In this document: one piece after another, positions 1 to 12,009 of the stretch
Numbering within the stretch: position 1 is the stretch's first letter
Layout: each line of letters starts with the position of its first letter
Assembly (NCBI GenBank): GCA_002269645.1
Contig: NIVC01000695.1
Coordinates: forward strand, 62,001 to 126,000
Direction of reading: 5' to 3'
Length of the DNA stretch: 64,000 nt
Origin: Macrostomum lignano
Lineage: Eukaryota
Program-made: the position numbers and the translations under genes
The notes under the pieces: generated by a model
What the model was told of the DNA's origin: nothing
The model's database searches: none
Seen by the model: only the letters and a program-made list of their open reading frames with translations

Positions 1-1345
1 GGCTCTTTAATGTTTGACATAGTGGCTCTTTAATGCTCGACATTGTGGCTCTTTAATGTTCTACATTGTGGCTCTTTAATGTTTGACATGGTGGCTCTTT
101 AATGTTCTACATGGTGGCTCTTTAATGTTCTACATAGTGGCTCTTTAATGCTTGACATTGTGGCTCTTTAATGTTCTACATATTGTGGCTCTTTAATCTT
201 CGACATGGTGGCTCTTAAATGTTCGACATGGTGGCTCTTTATTGTTTGACATGATGGCTCTTTAATGTTTGACATTGTGACTCTATTGTTCTACATATTC
301 TGGCTCTTTAATGTTCGACATGGTGGCCCTTTAATGTTCTACATTGTGGCTCTTTATTGTTTGACATGATGGCTTTTTAATGTTTGACATGGTGGCTCTT
401 TAATGTTCTACGTGGTGGCTCTTTAACGTTCGACAGGGTGGCTCTTTAATGTTCTACACGGAGGCTCTTTAATGTTTGACATGGAGTCACGTATGTGTTT
501 GACATGGAGTCACGTATATGCTTTACATGGTGGCTCTTTAATGTTTGACATGGAGTCACGTATATGTTTGACATGTAGTCACGTATATGTTTGACATTGT
601 TGGCTCTTTAATGTTTGACATAATGGCTCTTTTATGCTTGAAATGGTGGCTCTTTAATGTTCGACATGGTGGCTCTTTTATGTTTAACATGGTGCTCTTA
701 AATGTTCGACATATTGGCTCTTTACTGTTAGACATGGTGGCTCTTTACTGTTTGACATGGTGGCTCTTTAATGTTTGACATGGTGGCTCCTTAAAATTTC
801 GACCTGGTGGCTCATTATTGTTCGAAATTGTGGCTCTTTTATGTTCGACATGGTGGCTCTTTAATGTTCTACATGGTGGCTCTTTAATGCTCTACATTGT
901 GGCTCTTTAATGCTCTACATGGTGGCTCTTTAATGTTCTACATGGTGGCTCTTTAAAGCTTGACATTGTGGCTCTTTAATGTTCGACATGGTGGCTCTTT
1001 ATTGTTTGACATGGTGGCTCTTTAATTTTCGACATGGTGGCTCTTTACTGTTCGACATGGTGGCTCTTTAATGTTTGACATGGTGGCTCTTTAACGTTCG
1101 ACATGGTGGCGCTTTAATGTTCAACACGCTGGCTCTTTAATGTTTGACATAGTGGCTCTTTAATGTTTGACATCATGGCTCTTTAATGTTCTACATTGTG
1201 GCTCTTTAATGCTCTACATGGTGGCTCTTTAATATTCTACATGGTGGCTCTTTAATGCTTGACATTGTGGCTCTTTAATGTTCTAATATTGTGGCTCTTT
1301 AATCTTCGACATGGTGGCTCTTTAATGTTCGACATGGTGGCTTTT
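1..1345. repeat. 23-bp tandem satellite (consensus GGTGGCTCTTTAATGTTYGACAT), running off the window start
   Basis: Period of 23 read directly, e.g. ggctctttaatgtttgacatagt / ggctctttaatgctcgacattgt / ggctctttaatgttctacattgt; about 58 units. Confidence 0.97.
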
Positions 1346-1350
1346 TATTT

Positions 1351-3700
1351 GATGTGGCCGCAGCCTTCTGCTGCAAGCATAGGGCCGCAGTTACATCTTT
1401 AATGCCCAAACGCTCCACCCTCCGCGTTCTATATTAACGAATGCAGGCCCGCTTGTCTGAATTTTTCTCAGAACCGTTTTGACCGCTGGTCAGTCTCGTC
1501 GAGAGCTATCTCCGAGAAAGCGCTCTAGCGCCGGTTAACAGCGAAGCAAAGCTCCTGAGCAGGTCTTGGTAGAGCACTGCAGCGCTCAAGCAGAAGCACG
1601 CTCCTGAGCAGGTCTTGGTAGAGCATTGCTAGTGATATAGCTCTGGTTTTCCAGCCTACCCTATTGGCAGGAAATCAGTTGGCTGAAGCCATTCTGCTAG
1701 TGTCTATTCGCGACACAGGCGCGAATAAGAGTGAGAGTGAGTGTGCAGTCGCAGCACTCGTGCGCGATTCTTAGAAATAGCTGTTGGTTATAGGCCTAGG
1801 GTCTATTGCTGCTTCAGGCGCATAGATCTATTCCTCGCCGCCCATCTGCGCGAGACGTAGCTATTAGGTTAGTAGGGGTTAGGGGTCCTCTGAGAGCTAA
1901 ACTCAGACACGCTCAAGCGCGGACATTGTCAGTGCCAGGACTGCGCCGCTCAGGCCATTTGCTACCATTGAGTCCTGTCACTTGGACATTGAAATCTCTG
2001 AGACTAGTTGTTCTAGCGTTATTTATTTGCGTGGAGCCCAAACAGACCCCTTCATTGCGGATCCTACGGTTCCCACGCTGGTGGCAGCACTACCCTTAAT
2101 TTTAGATTTCTCCCCAGTCTCAGCCCCCATAAGTATAACCGCTAAGACTGCCCCGGCCAATAGCAGTCCACCTCGTTCTATCCCGGTCAGTAAAGCGAGT
2201 TATTACATTGGTGGAGCAGTGGTTGGGATTACGATACCGACTCTAACTCCAGACCAAATAGTTAGGAAGTTTAGTAGTGAAGCAGCTGTTGGGAATACCA
2301 TACCTGTACAGAGCTTCCCGGTGTGTGAAGTTCTGGGAAGAGTACACTGTGACGTAGTAGGCCCCGTTGCCCAGAATAGCAAGAGCGGGAACCGCTACAT
2401 CTTGACGCTGTGCGACGCGATGTCGAATTACCCATTCGCCTATCCCATAAGGAACCAGAAAGCCAAAACTGTCAAGATCCTGCAGGAGCGGTTGATCCCT
2501 GACTTTGGTGTACCCTGCTGGATACACTGATCAAGGAACCAACTTTACTGGCTCAGCTTTCAAGAAGTTCTGTGACCTGTTTGGCATCTGGCATACGACA
2601 ACACCCTACAATCCAGCTTCTAATGGGCAAATCGAGAACCTCAACAAGCAGCTGAAGAGCGTCCTCACCTGCCTCCTCGAGCGCAACCATAACGACTGGG
2701 ACACCTTTCTACCAGCCTGTCTGATGGCTATCCGCTCTATGACAGGTTTCACGCCTCACTACCTGGTGTTTTGTCGTGACTTCCGACTCCCAATCGACAA
2801 CGCGATCAAGAAGATGCCCGAGTATGCCGATCTGCCCGACTACGTCAAGGACTTCCAGTGCCGCTTAGACGATGCGACCGAGCTAGCCAAAGACCGCCTG
2901 CATCTGCATCGACGAGTAGCTGCGCGACGAGCACTACTCGAACCTGCCCGCCGTTAAGAAGCTCAAACCTGGTGACATGGTTTTCCTCAACAACCCGGTG
3001 CTCGAATCGGATGAGGTGGCGAAGTTCCATCGACCTCGCAAAGCGCTGTACGAGGTAGTCGAACCTAAGGGCGAGGTCGTCTACAAGATTCACCGTAGAC
3101 TACCAAACCCGCGGGCCAGGCGTGACGAGCTAATTGTCCATTGCCGGAATTTGCTGCCTCATGCCTGATGCCGACTACCAGCTGACTTCGGAACCGGAGG
3201 TCGACAAGGCCAAGAAGCGCCGCAGGTCGACCGACGTTTCGGATGGTGCAGGACCCGCGAACCTGACACCGATCCCGGAGGATGATCTGGAGGATGACGA
3301 TGATGACAATGACGCATGGCCGGCGTTCCGATGGCACTTCCGGCCGTTGGCGATCCCGGATGTGCGGCCAGGTGAACCGGTCACGACACCAGCGAACCAG
3401 GCAAGTGAATTTCGGCGTGAGCCACTGCCATATGGTGATCGCCATGTTAATGTGCCTGGTGTGAATGCGTCTGCATCCGTTGCTTCGTTTTCACCTGTCC
3501 ATGCGTCCCCCTTCCCGAACCTTTTTCTGCGGCGCAGTCTCCTGCGCCATCATCTTGCACCGTTCAGGTGGAAGCGTCTCCCTTACCGGTAGCCAGTAGG
3601 CCAGTTAGGGATCGGAGGCCGCCCGAGAGGCTTCTGATTAGCGATCCTAGGGCCAAAACAAAACTAAATTTTAATCGCACCGCCCGCATGCGCGTGCACA
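1351..3700 (+). mobile_element. Internally deleted Ty3/Gypsy LTR retrotransposon A (LTR-like/leader, short N-terminal ORF joined to integrase, no protease or RT)
   Basis: Starts TGTGG at the satellite edge and has a 26-bp direct repeat (1551-1576, 1600-1625). Integrase motifs RVHCDVVGP, YILTLCDAMSNYPFAYP, TDQGTNF, TTPYNPASNGQIENLNKQLK and the tail RDRRPPERL follow. No second LTR copy was found, so the left boundary is tentative. Confidence 0.75.
2300..3600 (+). pseudogene. Gypsy integrase (rve core, SH3-like domain, acidic tail), frameshifted
   Basis: Consecutive ORF pieces 1982-2530, 2505-2957, 2977-3168 and 3134-3592 in shifting frames. D,D(35)E core residues are recognisable (HCD, TDQG, QIE). 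Frameshifts near 2525 and 2935. Confidence 0.9.
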
Positions 3701-3763
3701 AATTGAAACATTTCAGCGAAGCAATGCACAAACGCCCGCGTCAAGCGAGCTCAAGCTCTTCTT

Positions 3764-5021
3764 ATGAGGCTGAGCGAGGCCGGCCAAGCCGGAGCCAGCG
3801 AAGGCCGGGAACCCCGCCCTCCCCAGAGGCCATGGGAATCCCGCGCTGACCCCTGGCCGTACGGCAGCCGAGGAAGCATAATGACCAGGAGCGCCCAGAG
3901 AGGTCACCCTGGCGCGGGAATGAGCGAGCTCGGCGCAATAGCTCGCCATCACCTGAGCCGCGACGGCGCCGAGCCGACCACCGAGGTCAACGCACTGACC
4001 GAACTGAGCTTACCGAGGTCATCGACCTCACGGCTGACTCACCTCCGGGTGGCACTACAGTTCGGCGCGTGACTGCCCAGCGATTAGCGGCGGCTGTCGC
4101 GTATGCCCAACTGGAGCAGGAGGTAACCCGCGGCTTAGCTGCGGTCCGCCTCCAAATCAGAACCACTTTTGCAGATGCTGCCTTGGAGCCTCCCGACCAT
4201 TTAGAGGTTTGCCAACGCGACTGTGGCAGGTCCGTGGGCCCTGCGCACCCCGGAACTCACGGTGACCAGTCAGGGATGCGCGGGTTGCCGATGTCCCTGG
4301 CGGACGACAACCAACCGCCGATGGCCAACCGGGAGGAGCCGGCCGAGGCAGTTGGCACTTGGGAAGGCCTAGCCGAAGCCCTGTCCAGGGAACTGCCCCG
4401 CGCTCGCCGCCCACCCCCGAAGAGCTGCCGCAACTGGTGGACGCGAGCGTCCAGACGGATGCTCCAGGGCCGGCATCGCCCGCTGACGAAGATCGAGCCG
4501 CACTGCTATCCGCAGGGGCCTGCCTGGCGCGCAACATCCTGGTCGACACCGCCCGGCACGGCAACTGGCCCTTGACATTCGCCGGGCCAGTTTGGAGCCA
4601 CACGACTGCCGAGGAGCGATCGACCCTGCTGAAGGAAGCTGTCCGGTTGGTCGGCTCCGATCTGCAGCAGCCGTATCGGCCCTACGCCGTGCACCTGGTG
4701 GCGATTTGGGTCGCCCGGCATCTTGACAGCGGCGAGGATGACCTGCTGCCGGCCCTGGCCTGCCCAGTGATACGCTCTAGCCCTGACAGATTTCCGCCAC
4801 CCGCGAGGTCTCCTGTGCGAGGTTCTCCTCTCCCCTCTGATGTCCGTGCATTGCATGCCGCGCTGATGTTGCGCCCACTTAGTTCAGGTTCTCTTGCCCT
4901 CAGGGAATGCTCCAGTTTTAGCCTGAGCGGGGAGCACCCTGGATTCGTCTCATTTATTCAGGACCGAAGCGTTTTGGCAACCCCTTGGTGCTCACTTTTA
5001 AAAGGGGTGAATTGCTGCTAA
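3764..5021 (+). pseudogene. Accessory ORF(s) of unknown function downstream of integrase
   Basis: Three overlapping GC-rich ORFs (3764-4072, 4069-4575, 4359-5021) in three successive frames, consistent with one broken ORF. No recognisable domain. Confidence 0.4.
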
Positions 5022-5800
5022 ATGTATTTAGGCGCCATTCTACCGTGGGCCGGCGCCCCTACGTCAATATATAGGCGCCATTTCTTAAGTGGGCCGGCGC
5101 CCCCCGTGACATTTAAGGGTTCAGTAGCGGGCCAACGCCCCCGCCGTACTGGACTTCCATCCTTTTGTGGCCCCCGCCCAGCCAGCATTAATTTCTTACA
5201 GCAGCCATCTCAACAGCAATTTATCTGCAGCATTTGCCATGTTAGCGTTTTTTATTAAAACTTGCATTTGTTCTATTTTTAAATAAAGCGCGCAGCGCTT
5301 CACTCCCCCTCTTTATTTGAACGGGGAGAGTGTAGTTAGTCGATATTTGGTTAGGCGCCGCACTAGTCACCTGTTTCCCTCGCCCTCGCCCCAGGCTTTT
5401 GTCTGCCGCTGGGCAGTTGCCTGTCCATTCTCGCCTGTCCTCTGGCCTGTCCCTTGCCCGTTTGCCTGTCTGTCTGTTTGTCCTCGTTTGCCCCCTTTTG
5501 TCTCGTGTTCTCGTTTTGCAGTGCCCAGACAGCTTGATCTGGCCTGCCTCTGTTTCGTTCTCTGTTTGGCATCTCCAAATTAAGAGTGCTGTCCTGTTTT
5601 CCGGTCCCGAGGTCACAAGTGCCTTCACTTAAGGGCCTTTTTCCTAGCCGTCTAGCCAATTATCAGTTGTATCACATAGGATTATCACTCTCTAAATCTT
5701 CCGGTTTGTGTTCCCTCGTGTTCTTTATTTTCTTGTACTGTACCTGCGGCTATTGGAGAAAGACTGGTAGGACTCGCCGACCGGCGATAGGCGATTAGGA
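5000..5800. other. LTR-like non-coding block with polypurine tracts, TATA-like and AATAAA motifs
   Basis: AAAAGGGGTGAA at 5000-5011, duplicated TAGGCGCCATT..GTGGGCCGGCGCCCC, TATATA at about 5068, AATAAA at about 5282, and back-to-back purine tracts at 5301-5332. No partner copy found. Confidence 0.35.
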
Positions 5801-5979
5801 TTAATAGCTTTAAAATCTCCAAACGCTCCAAGTAGGTTTGTCTAGGGCCTAAATAATTGCTTACCGTGCATGCTATTATCTAATTGCCTATTTATCACAA
5901 GTGGAGCCCCTGGGAATCCAATAGTTAGCAGGCGGCAGTTTATTGGTAGGCGCTCTAAGTGAGCAAGCTTATACTAAAA

Positions 5980-7960
5980 CTCAACGAGTCTGTTCCAGGC
6001 TCGTAGCGGCTATTTCGTCAACCACGCAGTGTGCAGCAATTCCGCATTAACCGATGCCTGGAGTCCACTAACAGCCCGCAGTTTCTAGACTCACTGCAAC
6101 TGGTGAACGAAAATTGGCCCTCGCCTGGACAGTAACACCTCAGACTGTACACTCATACCGTTTCGCACCTTAGAAGGTCAACAACATGCGAACTTATTCA
6201 TTAACACCGAGAAAACTTTGGCTTTAACTTTCAGTTCGGCTCCCGAAACACACGCTACAATGCTCTATGGGAACAAAGAAGCTATACCTCACTGAACAAG
6301 GCCTCTATGTGGAAATACAGCAGAACGAAGAAAAATTCCTACAAACGATTCTCCAAAAACCTACTGAGGATTCAAACCCAACAGAAACCAATGACCTTAA
6401 CAAAACACGTTCAAGCCGCTCATTACCTTCGGATCAGATGGCCACAATAAGACCAACCACTAAGACGACTACCACTCCAACGTTGACCACCTCGACAGCG
6501 ACGAATTCATCTACTCGCTTCCCGGCAACTACAACGACTACCGCAGCCATAACGACTACAACCATAACCACTTTTGCAACCACAACAGAAGAAACAGCGA
6601 CCACAGAAACAACTCCTTCCCAAAGGCTTTGACTCCAACGACTCCAGCAGCACCAACGACTACAAAGACAACTGATACAACAAACACCCATCGAACGACA
6701 AGTTCCACGACAAGCCCTAGTACCATCACAACGCCGACAACGACCAGCGACTCGACAACAACAACGACGCCAACATCATCGACACTGACAACAACTAGCT
6801 ATTGGACAACGGAACCGAACCACTCGACACAAGTCACTACTCAACAGAATGCAGGGACAGATACGATACCATTTCTATGATCCCCTCGCAATTCCGCCCA
6901 GGCCACAGAATCCGATCCCTACCCTCAATGGACACCGATGTTGCCGATCAGCCGACCTAACACCCAAAACCAACCAGTCCTCACCACAAATATATACCAA
7001 TCTCGCTTCAGCAGAATTACTCTCAAGTCGTCTACAAGCTCTCGAAATTGAATTTCCACGAAAATCTACAAGCGATGCATACCCAGATCACCCAGACGAA
7101 ATGCAAAATGTATGCTCTTAAATTTAGATACAGTCGGATGTTGTAGCATACCAACCCAACATTTGCTGCCATACAACTATTCAACAACCACTTCCTATAT
7201 GCCTAGTCAATCGCAGGACACTTGTTCATACACCAATGCAAACCAGTGTACGATTTTACCTTTGTTCAGCCCGAGTACCGGTCAAACAGGTGCTCAACAC
7301 AGCCACCGCCAATTTTCAAACTGAACAATACAAGTCTACTAGCCTACCTAGACACTACGACCCTCATCCTGTCCGAACCTATTTTTTCCGATTTTTCCCG
7401 AAAAATGTCCGGGATAATATGGATGGATTTAATGGAATTATGAAGGACGTTAAAAAAATTGTCCCAAAAGCCCCCTCATGCATTCTACTCCGAAGCTAAA
7501 AGAACTCAGAAAAAAAGCAATATCTAACTTAAGGTCTGAGACCCAGAGCCTGAGATCATCTTGAAAAATACCCAACCATGATCATTGACGGGCTACAAAG
7601 GTGCGGTTTGACCTTCCTAGTGTGAAGCTTTGACTCCTCGTACACACCCCACAGGTAAAGATAGCTGATGTCTAGCTCTGGTACGACAACCCGTTCATCG
7701 GAAGCGGCTTGATGCACACACAGCAGCAGCGGCAAAAATCGCCCAAATAGCCATCGGCCACTGCGCTACCTGCTTCGGCATCGGCGTCGCCTGCGACTGC
7801 AACGCCGGAAATGCCACCGACAAAGTCCAGATCCAGAGTTGGTTATTACGTCTTCGCTCAGTCATGAGACGAACATTCAAACAAATCCACAGAGTCCGAG
7901 ACCAATGGGCACTATGTCACCACGCGGCTCTTGAGAAAAAGGCCAGTCAGATAAGGTGAC
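5980..7960 (+). pseudogene. Decayed Thr-rich (mucin-like), Cys-containing glycoprotein; env-like relic
   Basis: Frameshifted ORFs 6267-6632 and 6629-6880 are poly-Thr. They are flanked by Cys and N-x-S/T-containing pieces (NHAVCSNS, NTSDCTL, CCSIP, NYST, NNTS). A late HRKR-LDAHTAAAAKIAQIAIGHCATCFGIGVACDC segment lies at 7696-7800. Confidence 0.45.
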
Positions 7961-8426
7961 AATAATATTTTTAAAAAGCTGAGAAAAGCCCCGACAGTCC
8001 AGACGCTCATCGTCAAAAACTTTCTCTGGCGGTCAACGTAGCCGAAATTACAAAGTGATTAAAGGATTCTGACGAACAGCTCCCCATCGATGGGGCTCTC
8101 AATATTGAGGCATCTCAGCCGTTTGCTTGCATATAAGGTACGACTCGGCCATATCTGGTCATTTACAAGAAGTACATACGACTTTGCAGTTACATTTATA
8201 ACATCTAGTTTACTGGGAGCCATTTCTGGACTAAAGTGTTCTTAGTTTTTAGTATAATAATAAATGTAACAAGACAGAACAGTTGTATAAGATACAACTT
8301 GCCATTTGTACTGCTCATTTCACGTGTTTGAACCTCTATTCAAGTCTTTAACCTTTCAAAGTGCACGAATGCTTCCATTTCTGAATCCAAGCAAACATAC
8401 GTAAATCTGGTATCAACAAAAATCAT

Positions 8427-9780
8427 ATGATGTATGAAGTGCGGTTTGTTTTTATGCTTTTCACAATTGGTTTCATTTCCACAATTTTCCAGCCAATAAA
8501 AAACAAGCGCAGCAACTACAGTGCCATTGAACGCCAATTTATTAGAATGCTTCAAGAGAGCTCCGATGACGTTCCGTTGAGGGAGACTGCGTCTGCGTTT
8601 TCAACTGCTGCTGGAGCTGAAGCAGCGCACCCGAATGGGCTAGAGAAGAACTGGAGGCGGCCTTCTTTGGAGCTGGGGAAATCTTTCCCAATGATTCCGC
8701 TAAAGCTAGATCGCCCCCTGGCTGACTCAGAGCCTGCTACTCGGGATAGTGCTGATGCTGGTCCTGGTACTGAATTAGGAAGTGGTTCATCCCATGAGCC
8801 TCCTGGTTTTGAGCCCAACCTAGAACTTAATGAGTTAGATTTCGACTATTCCCCCCTCGGAAGCTGACTCCGATACTGAGCAAGTTGATGCTCCTCGTTT
8901 GAGTTTTTGGATGATTTGCTGCTTTACTTTACGAGTACTTTGTTAAGTGCCTTCCGAAAGCAATGTCGTGTCTTGAGTGACCGATTGAACGAATTGTCCG
9001 GCGAATCGAAACTTGCCTTGCTCACTTCAAAGCTACCGAATTTCGGAGTTGTTATACTAAGGTCCCTTTCTGTTCGGCAATTACCTATCGGTGCGTTTTT
9101 TAACCATTTCCTTCTTTTGCACTTCCGCCAACTATCGTTTTTCATCGAACAATTATGCGCACTTGCATGGGGTAGCTAATAGATGCCTTGAGATATTTTG
9201 GCTGATTTTCCTCGGGTATTTTACGTACGGTGTGCTTCGTACAACACCCACTTGTTGATCCACCTTCACCAGTTCTTGGTGCGTTATGGTCTGCTGTCCA
9301 AATTTTTCGCCTTTCCATTTGAAAAGTATATTGGTATGCTCAAGCGTCGTATTAGATGTACTCGTTGCGTAATACCAAATACCCTCAATCAAATTATTTC
9401 TTTGTGAAATCTACATACTTTACAGAAGTACTTCTTGACTTAGCTGCAGAGGGCCCGTGCATCCGGATGCAGCGAGGAGGCGTTGCCGCCTATTTTGCTA
9501 ACCCCTGGCGACTTAGAAAAGCACACTTCTAACCTCCGTTCACTGTAAAAAGTCCCACATGCTTGGCAAAGAACCTGTCCTTATTACTGCATTTAACTCT
9601 GATGGTTCTATTACTGGTACCAAGTTAATGTTTCGTGGCATTTCGTACATGTTTCCGTATGTTCCCTTAGGCACGCTTGAAATAGGAATTTTTGTCCAGA
9701 CCCCAACTCACTGGATTTCCATCAAACAAAGCCATTGGTTTCTCAGTTGATTCTGGTTTGTTATTTTCCCCATGGTTGAG
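8427..9780 (+). pseudogene. CACTA/EnSpm (CMC)-type transposase relic
   Basis: FNHFLLLH...YNTHLLIHLHQFLVRYGLLSKFFAFPFEKYIGMLKRRI matches the YNxHxLxHL...G-L...FxFE motif of CACTA transposases. Multiple stops and a large internal deletion; TIRs not found. Confidence 0.75.
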
Positions 9781-10552
9781 TCCTGTGTAAACCACCTGAA
9801 CCATTCTTGTAAACCATTCTTGTGAATGTATTTTATGTAACGTGTAATTCGGCCATAATAAAATTGATGCTTTATGTAAATAAATTTATGCATTTTATGG
9901 TTTTGGAGAACTAAAAAATGTACTTATTTTAATCACTTTTTTACTATTTTTACAGCATTGCTTGACAGGTAGAACTAGATAGTGTTTAGAAACCTTGTGA
10001 TCATGGCCAATACCCTAATCCTGGTGCTTGAATATCATTTCCGACCCGTATTTCATCGTATCGACGTTCAAATTGGGCTACTTATAATTCCAGAAAGCCG
10101 AATTTCCGGTATCCAGCTAAGTCTTAGCCCGCCGAAAGCAACATTGACGGAATCTGTTTTTTATATTTTGCTATTTAACTATTTTACAATTTATATATAG
10201 CAGCTGTGTAGTCGCGATTGTAATGTACGTATTTTCATATCTTTTACCACCATGCATCTAATGTTTTGATTTTACAATTTATATAGCAGCTGCATGTGTA
10301 TTCGCGATTGTAATGTACATACGAGCGTATTTTCTACATTTCCCTATCTTTTTTGTCGCCAAGCATTTAATGTCGTGATTTTGTGCTATACAAATCAGTG
10401 TAAATATCTTCCTGAATATAAAACATTTGAACAAGTCTACTTGTTCATAATTATAAGTTTTAAGATATAAGTTTAAACTTTAGGATCATTTCGGGCTTTG
10501 AAATAATCATACACCTGGATAAACTAGCTCATATATAATCCATTCTTATACT

Positions 10553-11801
10553 ATGCGATCTGTGCAGGCACTCCAATCGGATCATGGCACGATGGATTCC
10601 AAGGCTGATATTGGTTCCGGGCAGCCAGCAGTATACGCGAGCTATCCACATGGAGCTTCTACATTAGCTAAGCCAAGTATAGTAGAGGCAACTCAACTAC
10701 TGCACATGGAAAACCACGGAAATGGACAAAACAATTCAGAGAATAAGAGACAGATTTTGGAGACCCGGACTGAGCACCTCAATTGAGCAACTAATCGCTG
10801 AGTGCATTCCCTGCCTTGAAAGCAAGAAAGGACACTTTGTGCAAGCCCCAATTCAATCCTTTCCCATAGGCGAAGCATTTAGCCGCCTGCATATAGATAC
10901 GATCAGCCCAATCTCTAAAGAAAGCAAGCGAGGACACAAATATGTCTTGACAGTAGTCGACAGTACAACTAGATACCCCTTCGCTTTCCCTATTAGAAAT
11001 AAAAAATCAGAAAGTTATTAAAATACTACTCGAACGAATAGTAGCAGAATACGGACAGCCCACCTGGATTCATACTGACAACGGAAAAACTTTCGCCAGC
11101 AAACAATTTAATGCTTTCTGCGAACTTTACAATATTCGCCACACCTTTACTACCCCCTACCATGCCCAATCTAACGGATTAGTTGAACGTTTCAATAAGC
11201 AAGTTAAATCAATTATCACCTGCCTGATCAATAAGGATCACGGTGATTGGGATTTATTAATACCCGCAGCCCTAGTAACAGTCCGCACCAGCCCCAATGT
11301 AACAACAGGATTCTCCCCACATTTTCTATTATTTGGCAGAAAAGCCACCCTACCCTTAGATACCCAGATCAGAAATGCAGCAGAACATGCCGATTATCCC
11401 GCCTATACTACCAAGCATACCGAAAGACTAGAAGAAGCCCATAAAATAGTAACGAAGAAATTGGAAAAAGTAGTTGACAAGAGAAAGACCGCCGCAGAAA
11501 CCAATGAACTTCCCCCCAGAGTCCCCATAGGTTGTCTTGCTTTAATTAACAATCCCCAATTAGACACAGAAGAATCTCACAAGTTTCATAGAAAGAAGCG
11601 CTCAGCTTTCCGAGTCATAGCCCAGATTTCAGAAGTTGTATTTAAGGTTCAGAAGGAAGAAGATGGCACCCTAATAGGCAGAGAAATGCTCGTGTATCGA
11701 GACAATCTAACTCCAGTCCCAAATTCAACCTCAGAACAAATCATTAAGGAAGGCCAGTGAGATGCCCGCACTTCCGCCCCCGCCCCTGATTCCGCCCCTA
11801 G
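10553..11801 (+). pseudogene. Gypsy element B integrase, 5' part (H2C2 zinc finger, rve core, SH3-like domain)
   Basis: HMENHG/MDKTIQRIRDRFWRPGL..CIPC, LHIDTISP, YVLTVVDSTTRYPFAFP, HTDNGKTF, TPYHAQSNGLVERFNKQVK. NNPQLDTEESHKFHR is homologous to element A NNPVLESDEVAKFHR. Frameshifts and stops present. Confidence 0.92.
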
Positions 11802-11941
11802 TGTTGTGTTTGAATGTATTAGGAGTATTCGCGCTTGGCGAGACTGTGGGCGCAGCCACACACCCTTTACAAGTATATTTGAGTTTGTCCATAGACAATA
11901 ATTTATGCATGAATAAGAAACTAAAGCGGCTGGCTGCCACA
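11802..11941 (-). repeat. 3' LTR (140 bp) of Mag-like element
   Basis: Direct repeat of 16166-16307, preceded on the minus strand by the PPT. Confidence 0.97.
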
Positions 11942-11954
11942 TCCCCCTTTTTTT
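11942..11954 (-). promoter_or_regulatory. Polypurine tract (AAAAAAAGGGGGA) of Mag-like element
   Basis: Pure purine run abutting the 3' LTR TG. Confidence 0.9.
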
Positions 11955-12009
11955 CAAAAGAACATTGTTCGTTAATTGCATAGTTTGTTCATAAACAAAA
12001 AATTCATCA

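Noticed and set aside
1-1345. Regular short repeats resembling a CRISPR array (also 40781-41944, 43440-43900, 46790-47310, 58670-59560)
   Set aside because: Units are head-to-tail with no unique spacers, there are no cas genes, and the context is eukaryotic
11758-11760. TGA at the end of the element B integrase as a programmed readthrough
   Set aside because: Element B has several other frameshifts; simple CGA-to-TGA decay is the simpler explanation
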